Below are positions 10,139 to 20,407 of a stretch of DNA of 64,000 bases, one piece after another. The translations under genes and the position numbers were made by a program. Position 1 is the first letter of the stretch. Each line of letters begins with the position of its first letter. Origin of the DNA: an uncultured Phycisphaerales bacterium (lineage in GTDB: Bacteria > Planctomycetota > Phycisphaerae > Tepidisphaerales > Tepidisphaeraceae); the NCBI GenBank assembly GCA_963755915.1, contig CAVWLP010000002.1, forward strand, positions 832,001-896,000, in the 5' to 3' direction. The notes under the pieces were generated by a model. That model was not told the DNA's origin, made no database searches, and was given only the letters and a program-made list of their open reading frames with translations.

Positions 10139-11437
10139 ATGAATCCGCTCCAGCGCTCGATGACAGAGCGGGTGATCCTCATCGCGGCGGCTATCTACCT
10201 TCTGATCAATGGAATCCTGATGGTGCGGGAGAAATCGTTCCGGTCGGAGTGGGACCAGGTTTTTGTGCGGGCATCGCGGCAGTTGGTGAATGGGGAAGAT
10301 ATCTATGTCTCGCCGCCGTTTGATGCCAACTCTTCGCAGACGATTATTTTTCAGGTGACCCATCCATTTACGTATCCGCCGTTTCAGGCGCTGATTGCGC
10401 TGCCGATGGCCTGGCTGCCGCATTTCTTGAGCCGGCTGGCTTGGTTTGGCGTGCAGGTGGTGGCGCTGGTGGTGCTTTGGAAGTTGAGCTGGAGGGTCGC
10501 GGGAGGGAAAGAGATTGTTTCGGGGACGGAGATTGCGGTTCTGATCCTGGGGCTGCTGGTGGGGATGCGGTATGTGCAGGGGACGTTTGGGCATGAGCAA
10601 TCGGATATTGTCATCGATGCGCTGCTTGTTGCGGGCTGCTTCGCGTGGCAGAACGCGCGGGATTTTGCGGCGGCAACGGCGTGGGGCATCGCGGCGGCGT
10701 TTAAGGGACCGCCGCTGATTATGGCGGGGTATCTCGCCTGGCGGGGAAGATGGTTAGCCGCGGGGTGGATGGTGGTGCTGGCGGTGGCGCTGAACCTGGC
10801 GCCGGATGCGGTTCATCGTGCGCCGCAGGGACTGTGGCTGCAGGAGTGGTACACGCGGATCGTGAAGCCGACCAGCGGGAATATCGGGCAGTGGTATGTG
10901 GATGTGACGATCAACCAGTCGATCGCCGGGGCGGCGCACCGGTTTTTCACGACGCACTGGAACATCGCGGATGGAAAATTGAATACGACGTTTGATAAGA
11001 ACGTGGTGTCGGCAAAGACGCTGAAGCGAATGGTTTATTCGCTGGATCTTGCGCTGCTGGTGGGCGTGGCATGGACGATTGGGCGGCCGCTGCGAAGGCC
11101 GAACGATCAGCGAAGGCTGGGAGTGGAATGTGCGCTGATGTTCGTGCTGATGCTGCTGCTTTCGCCGATGTCGCATAAGACGCATTTTGGGATTTTGATG
11201 CTGCCGGGGTTTTTCGTGGCGCGAATGTGGATTCAGCAGCGCGACCGATTGGCAGCGGCGATGATGATCGTTTGCGTGATTTCAATCGGGCTGCTCGACC
11301 GGGATTTTTTTGGGGCGGCGCTGGGGGATTTGTTTTCGTGGTATGGGAACGTGATGTGGGGGGCGGTGGCGCTGGGGGTGGGGTGTTTTTGTGGGTTGGC
11401 GAGTGGCGGCGATTCAATTTCCGCGGCGCTGGACTGA
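10139..11437 (+). CDS. GT87 (DUF2029)-family membrane glycosyltransferase
   Basis: FTYPP, GHEQSD, AAFKGPP, NQSI, LSPMSHKTH motifs with many TM helices. Confidence 0.85.
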   Translation: MNPLQRSMTERVILIAAAIYLLINGILMVREKSFRSEWDQVFVRASRQLVNGEDIYVSPPFDANSSQTIIFQVTHPFTYPPFQALIALPMAWLPHFLSRLAWFGVQVVALVVLWKLSWRVAGGKEIVSGTEIAVLILGLLVGMRYVQGTFGHEQSDIVIDALLVAGCFAWQNARDFAAATAWGIAAAFKGPPLIMAGYLAWRGRWLAAGWMVVLAVALNLAPDAVHRAPQGLWLQEWYTRIVKPTSGNIGQWYVDVTINQSIAGAAHRFFTTHWNIADGKLNTTFDKNVVSAKTLKRMVYSLDLALLVGVAWTIGRPLRRPNDQRRLGVECALMFVLMLLLSPMSHKTHFGILMLPGFFVARMWIQQRDRLAAAMMIVCVISIGLLDRDFFGAALGDLFSWYGNVMWGAVALGVGCFCGLASGGDSISAALD

Positions 11438-11466
11438 AAGCGCTCCCCTTCGGGTCGCGGCTAAAC
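11438..11466. repeat. REP-like dispersed repeat (copy 1)
   Basis: AAGCGCTCCCCTTCGGGTCGCGGCTAAAC, 28/29 identical to 58416-58444. Confidence 0.8.
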
Positions 11467-11513
11467 GGGCGTGCTTTGGTTGTTGAATCGTAGTCCTTTT
11501 TATCGAGCATGCG

Positions 11514-11654
11514 TTAGCTTGGAATTTGCTTCCGCGACGAGGGGCGTTTGAGGGTGAGGCCTAGTGCGCCGAGGAACAGGAGCGGCGTTGTGGGTTCGGG
11601 GACAAAGGCGATTCCGAAGTAGTCGGTGTCGTTGCCGGTGTAAGTAGAAGGCAT
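11514..11654 (-). pseudogene. Orphan PEP-CTERM tail (remnant of a surface protein gene)
   Basis: ...DYFGIAFVPEPTTPLLFLGALGLTLKRPSSRK: VPEP + TM + basic tail, no signal peptide. Confidence 0.65.
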
Positions 11655-12231
11655 TGCGGAGGGGCATGTCCGAAAATGTCCGGAAGTGCCCGGGATTTGA
11701 CGATGGATTTTTCTTTCCCCGGGCTGAGTTTGATCTGTGTCGCAAAGAAAGGGAGAGAATATGGATCGATGATATGGTGCATTGGACGATTCCCCAATTT
11801 TCCCCAAAATTCCCCACTTTTCTGGGGGGTACCTATTTATACAGCGTGAGACTTTCGGGCTTCGAATTCCGCCGGTGAGGAGACTGTAAGGACGCCGGCG
11901 GCACGGTCATGTCCCGGAATGTCTCCTTTTGCTCCGTTTTGACGGAATTTTTCCTGCGGTGATGCGAGGAGCGAAAGCGCGGGGCGGCGAGGCCAAGTTG
12001 TGAAGGGTCTGAATCATGGCATTTTCGATTGGGAAACATCACGCCTCTATATACAGGTCCAAAAGGTGTACGTTTTGTACCTATTTTTGGGAAATCGGCG
12101 GATTTTTCTGAAAATAAATTTTTAGGGATGGAGCGGCGAAGGGGAGGGTCCTGACTCGCGCCCGGGGGGCGGGTAACAGACTTAGGATATGCGGGGGGCA
12201 GGAGATTGCGGTATGATTTGTATGCCGGTTC

Positions 12232-12304
12232 GGGCGATTAACTCAGCGGCTAGAGTGCCACCCTTACAAGGTGGAAGTCAGGGGTTCGAATCCCTTATCG
12301 CCCA
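12232..12304 (+). tRNA. tRNA-Val (anticodon TAC), no encoded CCA
   Basis: GGGCGAT/ATCGCCC acceptor stem, CCACC-CTTACAA-GGTGG anticodon arm, GGTTCGAATCC T-arm. Confidence 0.97.
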
Positions 12305-12795
12305 CTTAACGATTTGTATTTGCGATGGAGGGCGGAGCGATAGCTTTTGAGATCGCGGTCTTTGGCGTCATCCAGGTATGCCATCGCCAATAGCTTCAGG
12401 GCCTTGGTTTTTTGGCCCAGGTCGTGGTACGCCAGGGCGAGAAACAGACGTACCACTTTGTCGTTGGGGAATCGGCTCTGGGCGCGGAGAAGTTGGGCGA
12501 GGGCCGCACGTGATTTTCCCACGTCGCGAAGGGATGAGGCCAGACAAACGAATGCGTCCCGCAGGGCCAAGCCCTTCAGGCCAAGTCGAAGAGCGCGCTG
12601 ATAGAGGGGAATCGCCTGGGCTTCGCGGCCGCGACGGTCCAGGGCCAGGGCGGAGTGAAGGCAGACCATGGCATTTTCGGGGTGCAGACGACACAACTGG
12701 ACCGGTTGGTCTAGACTGGCTTGGCGGGGAATCCGCACGCGCCGGGAAGGCTGTGGTCGGCTTCTTCTGTTGATTTGCGCTAATTTTCGTGGCAT
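12295..12795 (-). CDS. Tetratricopeptide repeat protein
   Basis: ALALDRRGREAQAIPLYQRAL and LASSLRDVG..AL TPR patterns; true start may be downstream. Confidence 0.75.
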   Translation of the reverse strand: MPRKLAQINRRSRPQPSRRVRIPRQASLDQPVQLCRLHPENAMVCLHSALALDRRGREAQAIPLYQRALRLGLKGLALRDAFVCLASSLRDVGKSRAALAQLLRAQSRFPNDKVVRLFLALAYHDLGQKTKALKLLAMAYLDDAKDRDLKSYRSALHRKYKSLSGR

Positions 12796-13039
12796 GGGCG
12801 CGGTGTATCCCTCATAGCATCAAGGTTGCATCGATACAATCACTGGCAAAACCGCGGTATATCTCAATTTTTGAGCCAAATCATCGGGTTCGAGCGGCAA
12901 AATTAGCTAGGCCCGCGATGCCAGGGATGATATAGTTTCGCACTTGCAAATCTAACATAAGGGAGCAGATGCGGGTCATAATCACAAGCAGCTCTTCCGG
13001 CTGCGAATAGATCGCATCGGATCCTAAAAGGAGGCGAAA

Positions 13040-16000
13040 ATGGTCCGGCAAGAATCGCGTTCTCGTTCCAAACGAAAAGCCACCGCGCGTCTGTCGATGG
13101 CGTTGTCGGCAGCGCTAGCGATGTATGCGGTTTCCGCCCAGGGCCAGGCCGTTGGCACTGCAGGCACAAACGGGAGCAATGGCACGAGCCCCGGCGGCAA
13201 CGGGACCTCCGGCGGACCGGCCACGGAAAACAACAGTTCCTCCTCGACGAGCATCAGCGCCAGCGCCGTCGGCGGCGCGGGGGGCTCCGGCGGCAACGGA
13301 GCGAGCGGCACCGCCGGAGGCTCTGGAGGTCAGGGCGGGACCGCGTCCACCGTCGTCGCTACAACCCCGGCGGCAACTTCTTCGATCTCCGATCAAGCCA
13401 GCGCCACCGGCGGCGCCGGCGGCACTGGGGGCAACAGCGGCGGCGGAAGCGCCAACGGCGGCAGCGGCGGGGCGGGAAACACCGCCACCGCCGCGATCTC
13501 CGGCACCACCTCCAACAGCTCCGACGTTCAGCTTACCGCAATCGCCGGCGGCGGCGCGGGAGGGTCTGGCGGCACCAATGGCGGTGGAACCGGCAGCGGC
13601 GGCGCCGGCGGCAACGGGGCAGGAGCGAGCCTGGGAATAGTGACGGGTTCATCAACCGGCGGCGGCTCGGTCTCAGTCCGCGGGGAAGTATTCGGCGGCA
13701 ACGGCGGCGCTGGAATCAACGGAAGCATGGGCGGCAACGGCGCGAATGTCACCCTCTCCAGTATTCAAATCAGCGGCACCACCAGTGGAAGCTTGACGCT
13801 GGAGCAGGATGCCTATGCCGGCGACGCCGGCGGAAGCAACGGCGCACCGGGCGGCACCGCGGGCAATGCAACCTCCGATTTCTCGCTCACTCAAAACAGC
13901 GTGGGGACGATGACGGGATTCAGCATCGCCACGGGCGGCTCCGGCGGCGACAGCCAAAACGCGGTTGCCAGCAATGGTGGCACGGCCGCCGCGATAATCA
14001 CCTTGATGAACAATACCACCAGCGATCTTGCCGGGACCGCGGCGAGCAATTACTTCGGCCAGGGCAGCGGCTACAGCGACGGTGGAGATATCGCCGGGGG
14101 AACCTCGGGAACCGGAGGAACGGGCGGAAACGCGACCGCAACCGCGACCGTTTCCGGTTCAGTCGCCTCATCGGTGACGGCAACCGCCTATAGCATTGGC
14201 GGAGCGGGGGGATCCCTCGCCGGCGTAACTACCGGCAACGGCGGCGCCGGTGGAACCAGCAGCGCCGGCGCCACCGGCGAAAATGGCGGCGCCAACGGAA
14301 TAACGGTGCTCGTCCTCGCCCAAGGCGGCGGCGGCGGAGCCGGGCAGGGAAGCAGTTTCAAGGGGGGCGCCGGCGGGTCAGCGAGTTTGGGAACCGTGCT
14401 CGGTGTCTCATCCGCAAGCGGCTCGGTCTCCGTTCGCGGCGAAGTTTACGGGGGCAGCGGCGGCGCCGGCCAGGACGGAGCAACGGGAGGGAACGGAGCT
14501 GATGTTACTTTGTCCGGCGTTGAGGTGGCCGCCACCACCAGCGGAAGCGTGACCCTGGAGCAGGATGCCTACGCCGGCAACGCCGGGGGATCCAACGGCG
14601 CTAACGGTGGCTCGGCCGGCAACGCGACCTCCGACTTCAACCTGACGCAAAACGGCGTGTCCTCGCTGACCGGACTAAGCGTCGCCACCGGTGGATCGGG
14701 CGGAGCCAGCGAGAACTTCACTGCCAGCGGAGGCGGCAATGCCAGTACCATGATCAGCCTTACGAGCAACACCACCGGCGACATTACCGCCACCGCGGCG
14801 AGCAATTATTTCGGCAACGGCAGCGGCTACGGCGACGGTGGATACATCACCGGCGGAACCGGGGACAACGCCGGCGCTGGTGGCATGGGCACCGCGACCG
14901 CATCGGTAACGGGCACCCTGGCCTCCTCAGTCACGGCAACCGCCTATGGCATTAGCGGAATTGGAGGAAACATAATCAACTCCGCCACCGGCAGCGGCGG
15001 AGAGGGCGAAGTTGGAATCGCGGGCGCCACCGCCACCGACGGCGGAACCGGCACCGTGACGGTTTTGGCCGAGGCCGTCGGCGGCTCCGGTGGAGGCGGG
15101 CAGGGAAGCGGATTCTTCGGCGGCGCCGGCGCGAACGCGAGCCTGGGCACGGTGATGGGTTCTTCCAGCGGCGGTGGCGCGGTCACCGTCCGCGGGGAGG
15201 TCTTTGGCGGCAACGGCGGCTTTGGCGGAAACAGCGCCACCGGCGGCAACGGAGCGAATATCACGCTTTCCAGCGTCCAGGTCAGCGGCACCACAAGCGG
15301 CAGCCTCTCCCTCGAGCAGGATGCCTACGCCGGCGATGCCGGCGGCGCTAACGGCGCTAGTGGGGGCGTCGCGGGCAACGCAACCTCAGATTTTGTTCTC
15401 AGCGAGAATGGAATGTCTTCGCTCACTGGGTTCAGTGTGGCGACGGGTGGATCGGGCGCAAGCAGCGTCAACGCCAACGCCGTGGCCGGCGGCACGGCAA
15501 CGGCGATGATCAATCTGACCAGCACCCTCAGTACCGGAAGCATCACCGCCAACGCTGGCGCGAACTACTACGGCAACGGCAGCGGTTACAGCGACGGTGG
15601 ATACATCACGGGGGGAACGGCGGACAACGGCGCCTCTGGAGGAACCGGCTCGGCGACGGCCTCGGCGACCGGAACCGTTGCCTCATCGGTAACGGCCAAC
15701 GCCTATGGTTATGGCGGAAGCGGCGGCGACGTAATCAATACTGCCACGGGCAATGGCGGAGGGGGCACAGTGGGGACCGCGAGCTCGACGGCCATCAACG
15801 GCGGCGCCGGCAGCGTCACGGTGCTCGCCGATGCGGTCGGAGGCAGCGGCGCGGGCGGACAAGGATCAACCTTCACCGGCGGCAGCGGCGCGTCGGGAAG
15901 CCTCGGCACGGTCACAGGTTCGTCCAGCGGCAGCGGCTCGGTAACCGTCCGCGGGGAAGTATTCGGCGGCAACGGCGGCGCGGGTGGAGCTGGAGCAACC

Positions 16001-17533
16001 GGCGGCAGCGGGGGAAATGTCATTCTGACCAGTCTCGAGGTTGGCGGAACCACCACCGGAAGTCTCACGCTCGAGCAGGATGCCTACGCCGGCAACGCCG
16101 GCGGCGCCAACGGCGAGGTCGGTGGCGCGGCCGGAAACGCGATTTCCGATTTTGTTCTCAGCCAAAACGGAATGTCGTCGTTCACCGGGATTAGCGCGGC
16201 CACCGGCGGCTCCGGCGGCTACAGCCAAAACGCCACCGCGGCCGCAGGCGGTTCGGCAACCGCCATGATCGATCTCACCAGCACCACCTCGGGAACGGTC
16301 ACGGCTTCCGCTGGAGCGAACTACTTCGGCGGAGGCAGCGGCTACAGCGAGGGCGGCATCGTGGACGGTGGCACCGGCAATGGCGGACCGGGATTTCTGG
16401 GCTCCGCCACTTCCACCGCCGATGACACCGGAACCGGACAGGCGACGGCCCAGGCTTACAGCAGCGGCGGCGTCGGTGGAACCGGAGATGGCGGCGGATT
16501 TTCCGGCGGCAACGGCGGAAACGCCACCTCAAGCGCAACTGCGATCACCGTTTCGGGAGAGGCGCAGGCGGTCGCGCTGGCAACTGGCGGCAGCGCCGGC
16601 ACCGCAAATAACGGGGCCAACGCCGGCACCCTGGCTGGCACCGCGACGGCGACGGCCGTCAGCCACGGCATCACTGTCACGGATATCGTTCAACACGGCG
16701 CCAATGCCCAGACCGGCGGCGAAGCCGGGGCGTACGTCACCTGGGTCTCCGGCTCCCCTGCCACTGTCGAATTTGGTCCGGCCGGAAACAACATCGGCCA
16801 GGGAACCGTCACGGGAACGCTGGCGCTGATGGGCGTCGCCCAAGGCAGTGGGTCAATCACCGTTGGAAACGGAACCAACCCGACGACGCTCAAGCTGACG
16901 GCCACGGGCCTGTCGCAAGGCAACATTATCGTGGCGACGAACTCGACATTTGATATCGCCAACAACCATTTTTACATCGACTACGGCAGCAACAGCGATC
17001 CAATTTCGACGATCTACGGGTTTTTGAAATCGGGGTTCAATAATGGAGGCTGGAACGGCACGGGAATTATCTCGTCCAATGCACAAACCAAAACCAATGG
17101 CTTGTTCTACGGCGTGGGATGGGCCGATGGAAATGATGGCACGCATAATGTGGCTAATCTTTCCAGCGGATCAATTGAATTGAAATACACGCTGCTCGGC
17201 GACGCCAACCTGGACGGGTCGGTGAACGGCAGCGACTTCAGCATCCTGGCGGCCAACTTCGGGCTGGGCGTCACCAACTGGGACCAGGGGAATTTCCTCT
17301 TCTCCTCATCCGTGAATGGCTCCGATTTCTCGGCGCTGGCGACGAATTTCGGGCAGGGGGACAGCGGCGCGGATGTGAGCGTCTCGCCGGCGGATATTGC
17401 GGCGCTGGACGCGTTCGCGGCGGCGAATGGTTTGGCGGCACCGACGATTAGCGCGGTGCCGGAACCGGCGTGCGGGGCGATTGTGATCGTCGCGGCGGGC
17501 GGGGCGCTGGCAAGGCGGCGGCGGCGAACTTGA
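13040..17533 (+). CDS. Gly-rich repeat surface protein with dockerin-like module and PEP-CTERM anchor
   Basis: Signal peptide, four ~252-aa repeats, GDANLDGSVNGSDF duplicated Ca-loop motif, VPEP-TM-RRRRR. Confidence 0.92.
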   Translation: MVRQESRSRSKRKATARLSMALSAALAMYAVSAQGQAVGTAGTNGSNGTSPGGNGTSGGPATENNSSSSTSISASAVGGAGGSGGNGASGTAGGSGGQGGTASTVVATTPAATSSISDQASATGGAGGTGGNSGGGSANGGSGGAGNTATAAISGTTSNSSDVQLTAIAGGGAGGSGGTNGGGTGSGGAGGNGAGASLGIVTGSSTGGGSVSVRGEVFGGNGGAGINGSMGGNGANVTLSSIQISGTTSGSLTLEQDAYAGDAGGSNGAPGGTAGNATSDFSLTQNSVGTMTGFSIATGGSGGDSQNAVASNGGTAAAIITLMNNTTSDLAGTAASNYFGQGSGYSDGGDIAGGTSGTGGTGGNATATATVSGSVASSVTATAYSIGGAGGSLAGVTTGNGGAGGTSSAGATGENGGANGITVLVLAQGGGGGAGQGSSFKGGAGGSASLGTVLGVSSASGSVSVRGEVYGGSGGAGQDGATGGNGADVTLSGVEVAATTSGSVTLEQDAYAGNAGGSNGANGGSAGNATSDFNLTQNGVSSLTGLSVATGGSGGASENFTASGGGNASTMISLTSNTTGDITATAASNYFGNGSGYGDGGYITGGTGDNAGAGGMGTATASVTGTLASSVTATAYGISGIGGNIINSATGSGGEGEVGIAGATATDGGTGTVTVLAEAVGGSGGGGQGSGFFGGAGANASLGTVMGSSSGGGAVTVRGEVFGGNGGFGGNSATGGNGANITLSSVQVSGTTSGSLSLEQDAYAGDAGGANGASGGVAGNATSDFVLSENGMSSLTGFSVATGGSGASSVNANAVAGGTATAMINLTSTLSTGSITANAGANYYGNGSGYSDGGYITGGTADNGASGGTGSATASATGTVASSVTANAYGYGGSGGDVINTATGNGGGGTVGTASSTAINGGAGSVTVLADAVGGSGAGGQGSTFTGGSGASGSLGTVTGSSSGSGSVTVRGEVFGGNGGAGGAGATGGSGGNVILTSLEVGGTTTGSLTLEQDAYAGNAGGANGEVGGAAGNAISDFVLSQNGMSSFTGISAATGGSGGYSQNATAAAGGSATAMIDLTSTTSGTVTASAGANYFGGGSGYSEGGIVDGGTGNGGPGFLGSATSTADDTGTGQATAQAYSSGGVGGTGDGGGFSGGNGGNATSSATAITVSGEAQAVALATGGSAGTANNGANAGTLAGTATATAVSHGITVTDIVQHGANAQTGGEAGAYVTWVSGSPATVEFGPAGNNIGQGTVTGTLALMGVAQGSGSITVGNGTNPTTLKLTATGLSQGNIIVATNSTFDIANNHFYIDYGSNSDPISTIYGFLKSGFNNGGWNGTGIISSNAQTKTNGLFYGVGWADGNDGTHNVANLSSGSIELKYTLLGDANLDGSVNGSDFSILAANFGLGVTNWDQGNFLFSSSVNGSDFSALATNFGQGDSGADVSVSPADIAALDAFAAANGLAAPTISAVPEPACGAIVIVAAGGALARRRRRT

Positions 17534-17685
17534 GATGGCCACGGAGTTTCAAGATTTTGTTGCCATTTAGGCCGCCTCAACTTATGTTTCATCCCTCGGT
17601 TTGAACGCGTGGGTGTGGTTAGTTCGCTTCCAAGCCGAATCAATTTTTTGGGTCGAGGGGATCGGCGTTCTATGGAGAGGGAGTT

Positions 17686-20316
17686 ATGTCGAAAAATAAT
17701 GCGAAGCGACGTGCGATTGCGCGGGCGTGCGTGGTGCAATCGGCGGTGGTCGGAGCTGTGGCGCTGCGAACAAATGCTCAGGCATATTATTACCAGCAAG
17801 CCGGGGGAGGAGACTGGAACAGCACGGCCGATTCCTATTCCGCATGGTTCGACGAGAGCGATGATACCAGCGTGAAGGTCCCGCCGGATGGGACGAGCAC
17901 GAGTGCGTATATCGAATCCACTTACATTGGCGTAAGCAATGTGACCGTCACATTCAATCAGACGTATTCCACGGGGCTGGAGTATTTCGAGATCGCTTCG
18001 GGGAACACGCTGACACAATCGGGGTCCGGGACGGCGATGGTGGCCCAAAGCGAATCGCTAGGTGGTGAAGAGGCGGATGGCAACGGCACCTACATTCAAT
18101 CTGCCGGATCGAACAAGATCTCGGGTGCGTTGTATATCGGCAGTGAAGATGGGCCGGGGAATTATGTTTTGAGCGGGACCGGATCGGTTACCACCGGCAC
18201 GCTGAACATAAATGGATCTTTCAACGGTGAGTGTGAGTTCAGTCAGTCAGGCGGGTCTGTACAGGTGAACAACAGCCTTGGGGTCGGTGAATCGGAAGAG
18301 GAAAGCGATGCAGCCTTAAGCCTGTACAACCAGACGGGCGGGACGGATGCGATCACGGGTAGTCTCACGATCGGCGGGGGGAGCACCGGCCTCTACATTC
18401 TTGGCGCGACGGCAAGCCTGGGCGTCACCGGCAACGAAACCGTGGGCCAATACTCGTCGGGGGTTTTCTCGCAGACGGGCGGGACGCACACCATCAGCGG
18501 CACGCTCACCATCGGGAATGAAGAGGGGTCCGGCACGTATAACCTCAACGGCGGCACGCTCACGACGGGGTATGAGCAGATCGGCGCCGGCGGAGTCGCC
18601 CAATTCACCCAAAGCGGCGGGGCGCAAACGATCTCAAACAACCTGCTGATCAGCGGTGGGGATCTGGAAGAATCGACCGTTCCGGCGATGCTGTCGATCG
18701 ACTCCGGCGCCACGCAGGTGAATGGAAGCGCCTATGTCGGCGGAAGCGCTTCGAGCTCCGGCAATGCCGGCTACGTTTTCATCGCCGGCGGATCGCTGAC
18801 GGTGAGCGGCACGCTGGACATTTATGCGAGCGAGAACAGCAACGTGGTCTCGCTGTCATCGGGAGCGCTGACTGCGGGGTTTATCAATGTGAATCAATCG
18901 CCTGGCGACTTGTCCTGGACCGGGGGGACGTTGACGCTGACCAATCAGCAGGTCGATCTCTCTAACGGCAGCGATCCGACTTTTAACTCTATTTTGTTCG
19001 GCAACACCCTGACGCTGAATTCCGGAATGACGCTGGTTGATACGAGCAATACGGCGACCGGCGCGGAATACCTTTACGGGAGTGCCAGCCAGATTACCCA
19101 GAACACGGGGAGCAGCAACAGTTCGGTGTATCTATTATTGGGCAACGTCAGCGGCAGCGGGGCCGCGGCTCAATACGCGCTTAACGGCGGCAATTTGGGC
19201 GTCGATGAGGCCCTGGTCGGAGATATCGGAACTTATACCGGCGGCAACGGGGCGGGCGTTATCAATCAATCGGGCGGCAACGCAGCCTACGGCTATATCG
19301 AGATCGGCTATAACTCGCCGGGATCATATAATCAGACGGGCGGCACGCTTGCAGCGATCTTTGACGAATACGTTGGAGCGTATCTTGGGACGGGAACTCT
19401 GACGATCGGCCAGGGCGCCACGAACGACACAAGCACTCTGGTGGTTGGCACCTCGGGTAGCGTCACGATGAACGGGGGTTCGCTGACAAGCAGCGTGACT
19501 ACCAACAACGGCCCATTCGTGGAAAACGGTGGAACATCGCAACTCGGGGCGCTGAGCGGGATCGGAACGATCACCGTGGGCGGCGCGGGCCAGTCGGCGT
19601 CGATGTCGGTGACGCAGTTTACGCAGCAGAAAATCGCCGTCGGCAGCCAGGGGCTTTTCAGCGTTGCGCCGAATTCCGGTTCCGATAATTCGGTGGTCGT
19701 TCTGAATGTTACGGGCACGGGGCAATTCGACCTGGCGAACAATCACATGTTCATCGACTACGGCACGGGCTCTGACCCGGCGGCCACGATCGCCGGCTAT
19801 TTAAAAAGCGGTTACAACGGCGGGCACTGGAACGGGCCGGGAATTATCTCGACAGTGGCGCAGACGGCGACCAACGGCCACCTCTATGGTCTGGGCTGGG
19901 CAGACGGCAAGGACGGAGTGGTGAAGAGCCTCTCGTCGGGGGAGCTTGAGATCAAGTACACGCTGCTGGGAGATGCCAATCTCGACGGCTCGGTGAACGG
20001 CTCGGACTTCAGCATCCTCGCCGCGAATTTCGGGCTGGGGGTCACCAACTGGGACCAGGGGAATTTCCTCTTCTCCTCATCCGTGAATGGCTCCGATTTC
20101 TCGGCGCTGGCGACGAATTTCGGGCAGGGGGACAGCGGCGCGGATGTGAGCGTCTCGCCGGCGGATATTGCGGCGCTGGATGCGTTCGCGGCGGCGAATG
20201 GATTGGCCGCGCCGGTGATCGGGGCGGTGCCGGAACCGGCGAGCGTTGGTTTGGCGCTGATGGCGGGTACAGGGTTGCTGGCGCAGGCGAAGACGCCGGT
20301 AATTCGGCAATTTTAA
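17686..20316 (+). CDS. Beta-helix/passenger-like surface protein with dockerin-like module and PEP-CTERM (probable terminal indel; true stop ~20302)
   Basis: FxQxGG / YxLxGG strand repeats; shared C-terminal module; one-base shift restores ...LLARRRRR*. Confidence 0.9.
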   Translation: MSKNNAKRRAIARACVVQSAVVGAVALRTNAQAYYYQQAGGGDWNSTADSYSAWFDESDDTSVKVPPDGTSTSAYIESTYIGVSNVTVTFNQTYSTGLEYFEIASGNTLTQSGSGTAMVAQSESLGGEEADGNGTYIQSAGSNKISGALYIGSEDGPGNYVLSGTGSVTTGTLNINGSFNGECEFSQSGGSVQVNNSLGVGESEEESDAALSLYNQTGGTDAITGSLTIGGGSTGLYILGATASLGVTGNETVGQYSSGVFSQTGGTHTISGTLTIGNEEGSGTYNLNGGTLTTGYEQIGAGGVAQFTQSGGAQTISNNLLISGGDLEESTVPAMLSIDSGATQVNGSAYVGGSASSSGNAGYVFIAGGSLTVSGTLDIYASENSNVVSLSSGALTAGFINVNQSPGDLSWTGGTLTLTNQQVDLSNGSDPTFNSILFGNTLTLNSGMTLVDTSNTATGAEYLYGSASQITQNTGSSNSSVYLLLGNVSGSGAAAQYALNGGNLGVDEALVGDIGTYTGGNGAGVINQSGGNAAYGYIEIGYNSPGSYNQTGGTLAAIFDEYVGAYLGTGTLTIGQGATNDTSTLVVGTSGSVTMNGGSLTSSVTTNNGPFVENGGTSQLGALSGIGTITVGGAGQSASMSVTQFTQQKIAVGSQGLFSVAPNSGSDNSVVVLNVTGTGQFDLANNHMFIDYGTGSDPAATIAGYLKSGYNGGHWNGPGIISTVAQTATNGHLYGLGWADGKDGVVKSLSSGELEIKYTLLGDANLDGSVNGSDFSILAANFGLGVTNWDQGNFLFSSSVNGSDFSALATNFGQGDSGADVSVSPADIAALDAFAAANGLAAPVIGAVPEPASVGLALMAGTGLLAQAKTPVIRQF

Positions 20317-20407
20317 TTTTCGGTTTTTTGTGGCAAACCTCGGGGGTGAAAGATAGGTTGGCGGGTTGTTTCCAGCGGGGGGAGGCTGGAAAAAAGGGAG
20401 GCAGGTG

